A stretch of 63,428 bases of DNA, filler included, from Octopus bimaculoides (lineage: Eukaryota): the NCBI RefSeq assembly GCF_001194135.2. It is 7 parts of 6 records of this genome, joined end to end, with 100 filler letters (N's around TTAATTAATTAA, not from the genome) between each part and the next. Parts side by side here need not be neighbours in the genome. Positions count along the whole stretch, not along the records: positions 10,689 to 19,982 come from NC_068983.1; positions 20,083 to 50,645 come from NC_068989.1; 5 more parts are not named here. One strand, given 5' to 3'. Below, piece after piece: positions 12,800 through 25,246 of the stretch; position 1 is the stretch's first letter, and each line of letters starts with the position of its first letter. Made by a program: the position numbers and the translations under genes. The notes below the pieces were generated by a model. The model saw only the letters and a list, made by a program, of their open reading frames with translations. It did not search any database and was not told where the DNA came from.

Positions 12800-13131
12800 T
12801 GGCACTCCATCGGTTATGACAATGAGGGTTCCAGTGACTGAGCACTCCACAGACACGTGTACCCTTAACGTAGTTCTCAGGGAGATTCAACGTGACATAG
12901 AGTGTGACAAAGCTGACCCTTTGAAATACAGGTACAACAGAAACAGGAAGAAAGAGTGAGAGAAAGTTGTGGGGAAAGAGTGCAGAAGGGTTCGCCATCA
13001 CCCTCTTCCGGAGCCTCGTTGAGCTTTAGGTGTTTTTGCTCAATAAACACTCACAACTCCCGGTCTGGGAATCGAAACCACGATCCTACGACCACGAGTC
13101 CTCTGCCAGAACCACTGGGCCATTGCACCTC
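12800..13131 (-). mobile_element. SINE family C copy
   Basis: Reverse complement of 33524-33919 with an internal deletion. Confidence 0.85.
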
Positions 13132-14278
13132 CACAGATATACACGTAGATACAAACACAAGATTAATAACAGTTCTGTCTACAGAATCATCCACACCCTG
13201 TTAGTCCAAGAAATTTTGGGTGGAACTCAACTGAACAAAACATTATCACTAACAACAACAACAATTTTGGTATTTATAAATTTTAATGTCTTTAAATTTT
13301 ATATTGTTTATTTTTTTAATCGTTTCTTTGAATTTTTTTTCATTGTATCAACATTTTATTCATCATCTTTTGCTTTTTCTCATCTATTTTTTTTTTTTCA
13401 CTTGTCAGCTTTGCATAGTTTCATTTTTTTACTTCGTAATTTCTCTTTCACTTGCCTACCACCACAACCACCACCACCACCACCACCATCAGCACAAATA
13501 CCACCACCACCACCACCACCACCACNNNNNNNNNNNNNNNNNNNNNNNNNNNNNNNNNNNNNNNNNNNNNNNNNNNNNNNNNNNNNNNNNNNNNNNNNNN
13601 NNNNNNNNNNNNNNNNNNNNNNNNNNNNNNNNNNNNNNNNNNNNNNNNNNNNNNNNNNNNNNNNNNNNNNNNNNNNNNNNNNNNNNNNNNNNNNNNNNNN
13701 NNNNNNNNNNNNNNNNNNNNNNNNNNNNNNNNNNNNNNNNNNNNNNNNNNNNNNNNNNNNNNNNNNNNNNNNNNNNNNNNNNNNNNNNNNNNNNNNNNNN
13801 NNNNNNNNNNNNNNNNNNNNNNNNNNNNNNNNNNNNNNNNNNNNNNNNNNNNNNNNNNNNNNNNNNNNNNNNNNNNNNNNNNNNNNNNNNNNNNNNNNNN
13901 NNNNNNNNNNNNNNNNNNNNNNNNNNNNNNNNNNNNNNNNNNNNNNNNNNNNNNNNNNNNNNNNNNNNNNNNNNNNNNNNNNNNNNNNNNNNNNNNNNNN
14001 NNNNNNNNNNNNNNNNNNNNNNNNNNNNNNNNNNNNNNNNNNNNNNNNNNNNNNNNNNNNNNNNNNNNNNNNNNNNNNNNNNNNNNNNNNNNNNNNNNNN
14101 NNNNNNNNNNNNNNNNNNNNNNNNNNNNNNNNNNNNNNNNNNNNNNNNNNNNNNNNNNNNNNNNNNNNNNNNNNNNNNNNNNNNNNNNNNNNNNNNNNNN
14201 NNNNNNNNNNNNNNNNNNNNNNNNNNNNNNNNNNNNNNNNNNNNNNNNNNNNNNNNNNNNNNNNNNNNNNNNNNNNNN

Positions 14279-14596
14279 CGGGCGTTGTGAGTGTTTATTG
14301 AGAGAAAATACCTAAAGCTCCACAAGGCTCCTGCAGGGGATGGTGGCGAACCCTGCTGTACTCTTCCACCACAACTTTCTCTCACTCTTACTTCCTGTTT
14401 CTGTTGTGCCTGTAATTCAAAGGGCCAGCCTTGTCACACTGTGTCATGCTGAATATCCCTGAGAACTACGTTAAGGGTACACGTGTCTGTGGAGTGCTCA
14501 GCCACTTTCACGTTAATTTCACGAGCAGGCTGTTCCGTTGATAGGATCCACTGGAACCCTCGACGTCGTAAGCGACGGAGTGCCAACAACAACAAC
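14279..14596 (+). mobile_element. SINE family C copy (head lost in gap)
   Basis: Collinear with 33597-33919; (CAA)n tail. Confidence 0.85.
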
Positions 14597-15103
14597 CATA
14601 AGAGAGAATTTTTTTACACTTTCTGCCATTAGAGGAGACCTTTTCTTCATGGAAACTGCAGGGAAGTTAAAAATATGATTGTGGCATATTTTAACTAACC
14701 TAAAGTTCGTTTATTCTGAATGACTGCTTGGCACTGATGCTGCTATTTTCATCCTGACCAGACAGTCCACTAGCACAACTCAGCCGCTGACGTTGACTGC
14801 TTCTTAATTGATACTATGGCTTTGAATCTGCTCAGGGTTATCTCCCTTTGGTATTTCCCATTGAGGAAGGCTAAAGTGCTAGAAACACATATCTGGCAAT
14901 CCACTAGAGGGAAACACTAGACAGATATGGTGTTTTTACATCTTTTCCATAAGAGAGAATCTTTTCTTTACTGTAACTGTAGTGAATTTACATTTAGAAG
15001 TTAAAATATGTCACAAACATATTTTAATTAACCTAAAGTTTGTTTGTTCCTAAACACTGCTTGGAGCTGATGCTGCTATTTTGATGATGTTTTGTGTGTG
15101 TGT

Positions 15104-15290
15104 GTGGCTAGAAAGAAATGAAGCTAGTATGCTCCACATGATGTGCAACATTAGTGTGTATATTTGACAAAGTGCAATTGTGTTGAAAGGAAAATTAGTT
15201 TATATGAAGTATCAGACGTAGTGTGCAAGAGAGACGATTGTGTTGGTATGGTCATGTGTGGAATGTGTATGGATGGAAAACAACTGCAAG
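15104..15290 (+). mobile_element. RTE-clade LINE ORF remnant
   Basis: Translates as LERNEASMLHMMCNISV...IRRSVQERRLCWYGHV, matching the RTE motif (xRRLRWYGHV). Confidence 0.7.
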
Positions 15291-15707
15291 TTATTAGGTG
15301 ATCATCACTAATGTTGGAACCATGAAAAATANNNNNNNNNNNNNNNNNNNNNNNNNNNNNNNNNNNNNNNNNNNNNNNNNNNNNNNNNNNNNNNNNNNNN
15401 NNNNNNNNNNNNNNNNNNNNNNNNNNNNNNNNNNNNNNNNNNNNNNNNNNNNNNNNNNNNNNNNNNNNNNNNNNNNNNNNNNNNNNNNNNNNNNNNNNNN
15501 NNNNNNNNNNNNNNNNNNNNNNNNNNNNNNNNNNNNNNNNNNNNNNNNNNNNNNNNNNNNNNNNNNNNNNNNNNNNNNNNNNNNNNNNNNNNNNNNNNNN
15601 NNNNNNNNNNNNNNNNNNNNNNNNNNNNNNNNNNNNNNNNNNNNNNNNNNNNNNNNNNNNNNNNNNNNNNNNNNNNNNNNNNNNNNNNNNNNNNNNNNNN
15701 NNNNNNN

Positions 15708-15957
15708 AATCTGCAGCTTGCTACAAATTCACAGCTTGCTACAAATCTGCAGCTTGCTACAAATCTGCAGCTTGCTACAAGTCTGCAGCTTGCTACAAAT
15801 CTGCAGCTTGCTACAAATCTGCAGCTTGCTACAAATTCACAGCTTGCTACAAATCTGCAGCTTGCTACAAATCTGCAGCTTGCTACAAGTCTGCAGCTTG
15901 CTACAAGTCTGCAGTTTGCTACAAGTCTGCAGCTTGCTACAAGTCTGCAACTTGCTG
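15708..15957. repeat. 18-bp minisatellite (AATCTGCAGCTTGCTACA), at least 14 units
   Basis: Units read directly. Variants AATTCAC (units 2 and 8) and AGTCTG (units 5 and 11-14). The left end runs into an N gap. Confidence 0.95.
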
Positions 15958-16377
15958 GATCATGTCAAACTGTCCATTACATGCCAACATGGAAAATGGA
16001 AGTTAAATGAGGATGATGTTTTATTGTAGATCTATGTAATATTATAGATCTATTATTCCACCATCTTGTTATCTAAACTTTTCATTTCTTGTTCTTTGTG
16101 TTATGTTATTTTTCTGTAAAACTGGTCTCAATTGTTTACCCAGAATTTTTTCCCCCCTAATCACCATTTTTGGCTGCTTTTCGACATCCCATGTCAGTTA
16201 TTCTTCAAAAGATTAGTCAGCATTGTTTGCTCTTTTTTAACCAATTCAATAGAATATCTCTGAGAGACCCAGCAGTTTCTATTGATCTTAGAACAATTGA
16301 TTAGATTCCAACACAACAAATCGTGTTATATCTGGCATAAAATTATTCTAATCCTAACACTGGGGTTCTTTCTTTCT

Positions 16378-16433
<56 letters not shown>

Positions 16434-16770
16434 TATTTATTTATCTATTTATTTGTTTATTTCCAAATCACATTGTTCAAGAGTTGTTTACATGAATAGT
16501 TCTGACTTTTCACAAAACGCATATAATAGCATTGGTTTGTGTAAAATATATGTAAACACACCCACTTGTGTGATTTCTAGAAATTTTCTTTCACCAACTT
16601 CTTTTTTTCAAATACCCTTTCTCAAGAAAACAATAATTATAAATTATATTCTCTTTGAACTCACTCCATTAAACTACTTCCTGTTTTATCTTTAAAGAAT
16701 TTTAGCTTCACTGAGTATGGCTGCTGTAAATATATGATCATGTTCTGTTCAAATAGTTGGACTTTTATGA

Positions 16771-17156
16771 TGTTGTTGTTGGCACTCTGTCGCTTACAAC
16801 GTCGAGGGTTCCAGTTGATCCGATCCTGGGAACAGCCTGCTTGTGAAATTAACGTGCAAGTGGCTGAGCATTCCACAGACATGTGTACCATTAACATAGT
16901 TCTCGGGGATATTCAGTGTGACACAGTGTGACAAGGCTGACCCTTTGAATTACAGGCACAACAGAAACAGGAAGAAAGAGTGAGAGAAAGTTGTGGTGAA
17001 AGAGTACAGCAGGGTTTGCCACCATCCCCTGCCGGAGCCTTGTGGAGCTTTAGGTGTTTTCGTTCAATAAACACTCACAATGCCTGGTCTGGGAATTGAA
17101 ACTGCAATCCTATGACCACGTGTCCGCTACCCTAACCACTGGGCCATTGCGCCTCC
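16771..17156 (-). mobile_element. SINE family C, full length with target-site duplication
   Basis: Reverse complement of 33524-33919. ACTTTTATGAT flanks both sides (16761-16771 and 17159-17169). Confidence 0.9.
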
Positions 17157-17352
17157 ACACTTTTATGATAAAGACCTGACTAAATACATTATAGTATTAT
17201 TTAGCTTGCTCTCCTCTCAATGTTAGAATTCCAATCCTGCAAGGGGTCAAATTTGTCCTCAACCCCTCAACCCTAGGTACGACAAAATATGTACCAGATG
17301 ATTCACTCAACATTATTACTCCCTTTACAAATCTGAGGCATTTCATTAATAT

Positions 17353-17353
17353 A

Positions 17354-17390
<37 letters not shown>

Positions 17391-17780
17391 GTTTAACGTC
17401 CGCTTTCCATGCTAGCATGGGTTGGACGATTTGACTGAGGACTGGTGAAACCAGATGGCTACACCAGGCTCCAATCTGATTTGACAGAGTTTCTACAGCT
17501 GGATGCCCTTCCTAACGCCAACCACTCTGAGAGTGTAGTGGGTGCTTTTACGTGTCACCGGCATGAGGGCCAGTCAGGAGGTACTGGCAACGGCCACACT
17601 CAAAATGGTGTATTTTACGTGCCACCTGCACAGGAGCCAATCCAGTGGTACTGGCAATGAACTGACTCAAATGTCTTTTCACGTGCCACTGGCACAAGTG
17701 CCAGGAAGGTGATGTTTGGTAACGATCATGCTCAAATGGTGCTATTTACATGCCATCGGCATGGAAGCCAGACAGCTGGA
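17353..17780 (-). mobile_element. RTE LINE 3' UTR / family D tail with (CAT)n end
   Basis: (CAT)n-CGTTTAACGTCCGCTTTCCATGCTAGCATGGG...CAGCTGGATGCCCTTCCTAACGCCAACC followed by internal GTGCTTTTACGTGCCAC subrepeats. Confidence 0.8.
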
Positions 17781-18986
17781 ACAATATAAAAACTTAGAAT
17801 AAATTTGTGAAATAAGATAAGTTTGTGTGATTTTAACAGAAATGAACAAAGAGAAATTACCCAGTGTGACCAGTGGCAAATATTTGAACAGCATTGACAA
17901 ATACAGGTGTATCAAATACCATACAATATAAACTCTTGATGTACAAAAATTCTCTTTGCCTCAAGAACAATGATTCTCAACCTTTTTAATATCCAGGCCA
18001 GATCCAAAACCTGGATTTTTTTAAGGGGGGGCTGCACCATAAAAAGTAAAATACAAATCAGTTAAAAAAAACATTGATTACATCTATAAAATGAAGATCA
18101 TCAAGAACTGCTGGAAGGATGCTTAAGGACTGCATGTAACCCTGAGAGTCGTGATTTAAGAACTGTTGCTGTAGACGATATATCACACTTATGAAATTAG
18201 GACCAGCTCCATATAAGGAGGGGGAGATTATCTCAAGAATCAAAAATTCTCCAAAGTTGACATGCCATTAAGGAAAAGGAGACAGGCTTGTTGTCTGGAG
18301 GTAAGAAGACAATCAGGGACACATGTTTCAGGTTCAATAACCATTAGCAGCACAAGAATTTTTCATTCTTATTTCCATTTGCCAAAGGACTTATGAGTTA
18401 AATAAAACAGTTGAAAACATTTATGGCCTAGTGTTAAGTGTGGATGTTATACTGAGCTACTCATCATGGACAAGTGAGAATAGCTTGGTAATATGTAGTA
18501 TTCTTCCATTAATTGAATAATTTTTTCTGAATCTTCTGATTCTTTTAATGTGCTGGTTTCCTGGTATTAAATTGATATTAATTAATATCAAATTTTTACC
18601 CTATTAACCATAAACACGTTTCTCAAACTTGGTAAATTTGATGCAGAAATTATTTTCTGCAGAGATATTTCCGGATTTAGCGTGCCAAAACTAAGACTTT
18701 TGAATTTTACTCTTTATAATTAATAGAATCCCATGCACATGTTCTCATTTGTTGGAGACAACTAGCACGAGGTTCTGTTGGATTATAATCGTTATGGCAG
18801 TCTGTACTGAGGAAAAACAGATACTTTCGTTAAGAAAGTGTTGATTTTGAAATCATGGTCTACAGATAACCTAGGTATTTGTATAATTTTCACTAGTCTC
18901 GCCTGTCTGTTTTTGCTTTGCTGAATTTTCTTTGAGAATTTTTAAGTGATCTTCTTCAAGCACATTAGCAGTCCACTTTGTGGTCT

Positions 18987-19023
<37 letters not shown>

Positions 19024-19417
19024 GTATTTATGTATGAATGTATGTATATGTAGATGTATATGTGTGTATGTATTACATGCATCCCGTCTGTAATTGGTTA
19101 ATGGTATGTTAGCTTGTGGGGGCAGGCTCACCATGCAACAAACTAATCAGCTTCTATTTTTATCTCTGTATATATATATAATAATCTATAAATGTCATCA
19201 TGAATTTCTCTTACTTCAAAACTTTGACCTCACTTTGACATAAACAAACCTGATATTATGGCTACACATTTCATATTTTCATTCTCAACTTCTATTGTTT
19301 CCATCAGAGCAGAAATGGTTTACAATACTGTAACTGCAGACGTGGATGTGTGGTCAAGTGGTTTGTTTTCCAGCCACGTAGTTTCATGTTCAATCCCACT
19401 GTGTGAGACCTTGGGTA

Positions 19418-19953
19418 ATCATCATCATCATCATTGTTTAACATCTGTTTTCCATGCTAGTTTGTTGCATGGTTTGACTGAGATCTGGAGAGCCAGCAGC
19501 TGCACCAGGCTCCAATTTGATCTGGCAATGTTTCTACAGCTGGATGCTCTTCCTAATGCCAATCACTTTGAGAGTGTAGTGGGTGCTTTTTACATGCCAC
19601 CTGCACAGAAGCCTGTCAGGTGGTCCTGGCATCAATCACGTTTGGATGGTGCTTTTTACATGCCACTGGCATGGGAGTCAGTCAGGGGTTACTGGCATTG
19701 GCCATGTCCTGATGGTGCCTTTTACATGCCACCAGCATAGGGGCCAGTCAAGCAGCCCTGGCATTGATCACGTTCAGATAGTACTTTTTACATGTCACTG
19801 GCACAGGAGCCAGTCAGGGAGCACTGGCCCCAAGTGTCTTGTATTATAGTCCTGGGCCACAGAGGCCTTGGACTTTGGTCTCACTTGGCTTGCCGGGTCT
19901 TCTCACACACAGCATATTTCCAAAGGTCTCAGTCACAAGTCATTGCCTCGGTG
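19418..19953 (-). mobile_element. RTE-clade LINE 3' end (last ORF codons + 3' UTR with ~58-bp subrepeats)
   Basis: The minus strand of 19878-19952 reads TEAMTCD*DLWKYAVCEKTRQAK*, followed by about 5 GGTGC(T)TTTTACATGCCAC subrepeats and the same tail as 17353-17780. Confidence 0.75.
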
Positions 19954-19982
19954 ATATACATACATACATACATACATATATA

Positions 19983-20082
19983 NNNNNNNNNNNNNNNNNN
20001 NNNNNNNNNNNNNNNNNNNNNNNNNNTTAATTAATTAANNNNNNNNNNNNNNNNNNNNNNNNNNNNNNNNNNNNNNNNNNNN
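19983..20082. other. Synthetic 100-nt join linker
   Basis: 44 N + TTAATTAATTAA (20027-20038) + 44 N. Confidence 0.95.
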
Positions 20083-20239
20083 ACATTGATATTCACATGC
20101 GTACACATAAAAACATTGGCACTGTCGCATACATAGACATACACACGCATATATAAAAAAAACACACAAGTATATATAAAAAACACACATATACATATAT
20201 ACACACATGGACATGTATCCATATTTATATATATATAAC

Positions 20240-20275
<36 letters not shown>

Positions 20276-20330
20276 TGAGAGAGAGAGAGAGAGATACATA
20301 TATATATATACTACATTTATATATGTATAA

Positions 20331-20374
<44 letters not shown>

Positions 20375-20591
20375 GCTATATTTATATATGTATATATATA
20401 TATATTTATGTATATATATATATGTGTGTGTGTGTGTATACACATAGATACATGCATACATACATACATGTATATATGTATACATGTATATACAACTACT
20501 TACCTATCTACATACCTACCAACCTACATACATGCATATATTCATACGTGGCATACACATACATACATACATACATACATACAGATATACA

Positions 20592-20625
<34 letters not shown>

Positions 20626-20663
20626 CATACATACATACATACATACATACAGATATACATACA

Positions 20664-20697
<34 letters not shown>

Positions 20698-20762
20698 CAT
20701 ACATACATACATACATACATACAAATATACATACATACATACATACATACATACATACATAC
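20083..20762. repeat. (TA)n/(TACA)n microsatellite field
   Basis: Directly visible; source of the HTYI/VCMY ORFs. Confidence 0.95.
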
Positions 20763-20959
20763 GTGCACAGAGTCGTCCCTGCGGGAATTATTTATTGCCG
20801 CGACAAATCACGATCGCAGAAACGTTCCCCCACCGCTCCACATTCACCCACCCCTCGTGAAACCCGTTACCTTCATGTAGCTTAATATGATTGGAATCGG
20901 ACTATGACTCATAATACTGTTGGCAGTCATTGAATAATAGCGGTAATGATAATAATTAT

Positions 20960-20962
20960 TAT

Positions 20963-21001
<39 letters not shown>

Positions 21002-21044
21002 CAATAATAATATTATTACGATTATTATTACTATTGTTAGCATT

Positions 21045-21077
<33 letters not shown>

Positions 21078-21181
21078 GATGTTATTTATTTGTGAAGACG
21101 ATAATGCCGATAATGATGATGCAGATGAGCGTTAATGAAAACTGATTTGAGGAAGAAACAAATTGGCTGAATGACGAAGTA

Positions 21182-21226
<45 letters not shown>

Positions 21227-21810
21227 AACGATGATGATGATGATAATGATGATGATGATGATGACGTTGGTGATGATGTTGATGATGATGATGATGATGA
21301 TAATGATGATGATGATAATGATGATGATGATGATGACGTTGGTGATGATGTTGATGATGATGATGATAATGATGATGATGATGATGATGATGATGATAAT
21401 GATGACGATGACGATGATGATGATGACGATGACGACGACGATGATGATGATGATGATGATGATGACGACGACGACGGCAACGAAGATGATGATCATCGCC
21501 ATCATGATGACGATGATGAAAGCAGCGGTGACAGCATCTACGACGACGACGACGACGGCGTCCGCGTCAATGATGACAACGATTGCCATGTTGACGACGA
21601 TGACGATGACGATGAGGATGACGACTGCAGTGACGATGACGACGAAGACGACGACGACGACGACAGCGTCTACGATGATGATGGCAATTAAGTGATGGTG
21701 GTGGTGGTTGGTGGTGGTGGTGGTGGTGGTGTCGGTGCTGCTGGTGGTGGTGGTGGTGTTGGTGACGATGATTATGGCAATAGTTGTTGACAACGATGAT
21801 AACGATAAGC
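20960..21810. repeat. (GAT)n/(GAC)n/(GGT)n trinucleotide field
   Basis: Directly visible. Confidence 0.95.
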
Positions 21811-22123
21811 NNNNNNNNNNNNNNNNNNNNNNNNNNNNNNNNNNNNNNNNNNNNNNNNNNNNNNNNNNNNNNNNNNNNNNNNNNNNNNNNNNNNNNNNNN
21901 NNNNNNNNNNNNNNNNNNNNNNNNNNNNNNNNNNNNNNNNNNNNNNNNNNNNNNNNACAACAACAACAACAACAACACCAACACCACCACCTCCACCACC
22001 ACCGAAAACAACAACAGCAACAACAACAGTTATAACAATGTCAACAAACTACAATAACGACATCTTGCACTGCAACGACAAGAGAAACGACAACAAACAA
22101 CACAATCCACAGAAACATTTAAT

Positions 22124-22205
<82 letters not shown>

Positions 22206-22576
22206 AATGATGATGATGATGATGATCAGTATGGTGATGATATAGCTGCTGCTGCTGCTGCTGCTGCTGCTACGACTACTAACGTTACATCGTACGCAAT
22301 AAATATGAGGGATAAAATGATAATAATCGCGATGTTGCTGCAATCAAATTTTGGTGAGAGGAATCGAACGGATTAAAAGAGAGCAAATGTAAGAATGTCT
22401 GCGATAGACATCAGTTGGATAGTTTGTCTTAGTCCCAGATGACTTGAAACAGAAGTCGCCACGGTGGGAAATAGACATATAATTTGATGTCTATGTATGT
22501 ATGTATGTTTGCATGTGTGTAAATACATACATACACACACACACACACATACACACACACACACATACACACACAC

Positions 22577-22661
<85 letters not shown>

Positions 22662-23130
22662 CATATATATGTATATACATACATATATATATATATTTAT
22701 ATATATAAATATAAAAATACACGTATATACATATGTATATATATATATATATATGCACTCATGTGTATGAATATTTTATGTATACACACATATAAGCACA
22801 CTTATGCACACACACACGCACACATCATATATACTCACATCTTTCTCTTTCTCCATCTCTCTATATACATATGTAACTATATAAATACGTATATACATAC
22901 ATTTATATATACACATACACACATACACACAGAAATGTATGTCTATTACATGATAGTGTGTGTGTCCGTGTGTGTGTGTGCGTGTGTGTGTGTGTGTGCG
23001 TGTACGACCATGTGCGTGTGTATGTATGTGTGCGTGCGTATATACATACACACATAAAGCAAATATTGACAAGCAAAAGAGTAGCGGAACCGTTTTATTG
23101 AAATTTGCTGTTATATGTCACAGTGTACAC

Positions 23131-23177
<47 letters not shown>

Positions 23178-23869
23178 ACACAAAAACATACACGCACACA
23201 AACACACACACACGCACACACACACGCGCGCACGCACGTGCACACGCGCTCTAACACAATGTGTGAGTGTGTGTGTGTGTATGTGCTTGTATGCCTTTGT
23301 GCGTGTGTGCGTAAGTGCAGATAACATGGCCGAATGGATAAAAATGCTGAACAGAAGATAATGTCCTAGAGGCGGGCGTGTTTGAAATCTAACTGCAATG
23401 TACCTTTGAATTACAGTGACAAATCACATTTTGGGATTCTCTTCAGTTTCCGTCTACCCAATTTCAATACGTACAAAGAATGCGTCGATACTAGATTGTA
23501 GAAAGCAGTATTTACTCAAGATGTTATGCAGTAAAATTGAACCCGGTATGTTGTATGACCAAATGGGAAGTTCATTTCGCAATCACGATATACCGGATTC
23601 AATTTCTCTGCATGGCATCTCGAGAAAATGCAATTTTCTGTACCCTAGTATCGACGGAAACCGAGCAAAACCCCAAAGTGTGACTTGTACTTTTAATTCA
23701 AATGTACAACCTTTGTTATACGCTGTGTCACGTTGATTTTGTCTGATAATTACTTAATTGTACACAAGTATTTGGAAACTTCAGCCACTACTTACGCGTT
23801 AACTCAGTAGTTAATTCGGTTGATTGAACATCTAATCCTCGTTGTTGAGCGATGGACACCCATTGAATT

Positions 23870-24053
23870 AGTAGTTTTATACATTTATATATGATATACA
23901 TATGTGTGTGTGTATATATGTATATATGTATAAATAATACAAATAATATGTGAGTATATGCATATATACGTATATGTATGTACATACCTACATCTACATG
24001 TATATATAGATGCATATCTGGGTACAGGACGCCACAAAAAAACGTGGACAAAA
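23870..24053 (+). repeat. Unclassified dispersed repeat (copy 1)
   Basis: ...GTACATACCTACATCTACATGTATATATAGATGCATATCTGGGTACAGGACGCCACAAAAAAAC has a reverse-complement counterpart at about 28490-28660 and a weaker one at about 51610-51720. Confidence 0.6.
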
Positions 24054-24591
24054 NNNNNNNNNNNNNNNNNNNNNNNNNNNNNNNNNNNNNNNNNNNNNNN
24101 NNNNNNNNNNNNNNNNNNNNNNNNNNNNNNNNNNNNNNNNNNNNNNNNNNNNNNNNNNNNNNNNNNNNNNNNNNNNNNNNNNNNNNNNNNNNNNNNNNNN
24201 NNNNNNNNNNNNNNNNNNNNNNNNNNNNNNNNNNNNNNNNNNNNNNNNNNNNNNNNNNNNNNNNNNNNNNNNNNNNNNNNNNNNNNNNNNNNNNNNNNNN
24301 NNNNNNNNNNNNNNNNNNNNNNNNNNNNNNNNNNNNNNNNNNNNNNNNNNNNNNNNNNNNNNNNNNNNNNNNNNNNNNNNNNNNNNNNNNNNNNNNNNNN
24401 NNNNNNNNNNNNNNNNNNNNNNNNNNNNNNNNNNNNNNNNNNNNNNNNNNNNNNNNNNNNNNNNNNNNNNNNNNNNNNNNNNNNNNNNNNNNNNNNNNNN
24501 NNNNNNNNNNNNNNNNNNNNNNNNNNNNNNNNNNNNNNNNNNNNNNNNNNNNNNNNNNNNNNNNNNNNNNNNNNNNNNNNNNNNNNNNNTA

Positions 24592-25246
24592 TATATCAGT
24601 TGAATAAAGTTAAAATATGGTCTTGTTTTCACGTTTTTTATTATTGTTTAAAAAAAGTTTTTACTATGTTGAAGTGAGTTAAACATTAAAAAATATTTTG
24701 TAATGTTGATAAGTTCAATTAGCGCTTTCATACGTTCGTAGTAATCATCAGATTTCAAAATGTATTTAACTGACAGCTGAGTTCTTGACAACTGTACTAA
24801 AATGACTAACTTCTTCCTGTATACCTTTATACATTTGTTCACTCATAAAACCATTACATGTAAACCGCAAGCTAATGGTTAATAAAAAGGTGGGATTTAT
24901 GCCAGCAATATCGGTGCGCCCGGCAAACCGTGACGTTAAAGCTGCATGTAGATTAGTCAAAACCGTATTCGGAAAATTCAGCTTGCTGGAGTCTTCTAAG
25001 AGTTATGAAGAAGTCAGAAGAAGTCAGTTATTTTACTACAGTTGTCAAAAGCTCAACTGTCAGTTAAATTCGTTTTGAAATCTAATGATTACTACGAACG
25101 TATGAAAGCGCTAATTGAACTTTATGAACGTTACAAAATATTTTTTTAATGCTTAACACATTTGAACACTGTAAAAACAAAAAAATTAATACAATAACAA
25201 AAAACGTGAAAACGAGACCATATTTTATCTAAATTCAACTGATATA
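24592..25246. mobile_element. MITE-like element with ~220-bp terminal inverted repeats
   Basis: 24592-24815 is the reverse complement of about 25018-25246 (e.g. AATTAGCGCTTTCATACGTTCGTAGTAATCAT vs ATGATTACTACGAACGTATGAAAGCGCTAATT). Spacer about 200 bp; TA-rich termini. Confidence 0.85.

Noticed and set aside
15708-15957. 18-bp array as a CRISPR array or a repeat protein
   Set aside because: The units are contiguous with no spacers, the context is eukaryotic and inside a LINE tail, and there are no splice or start signals.
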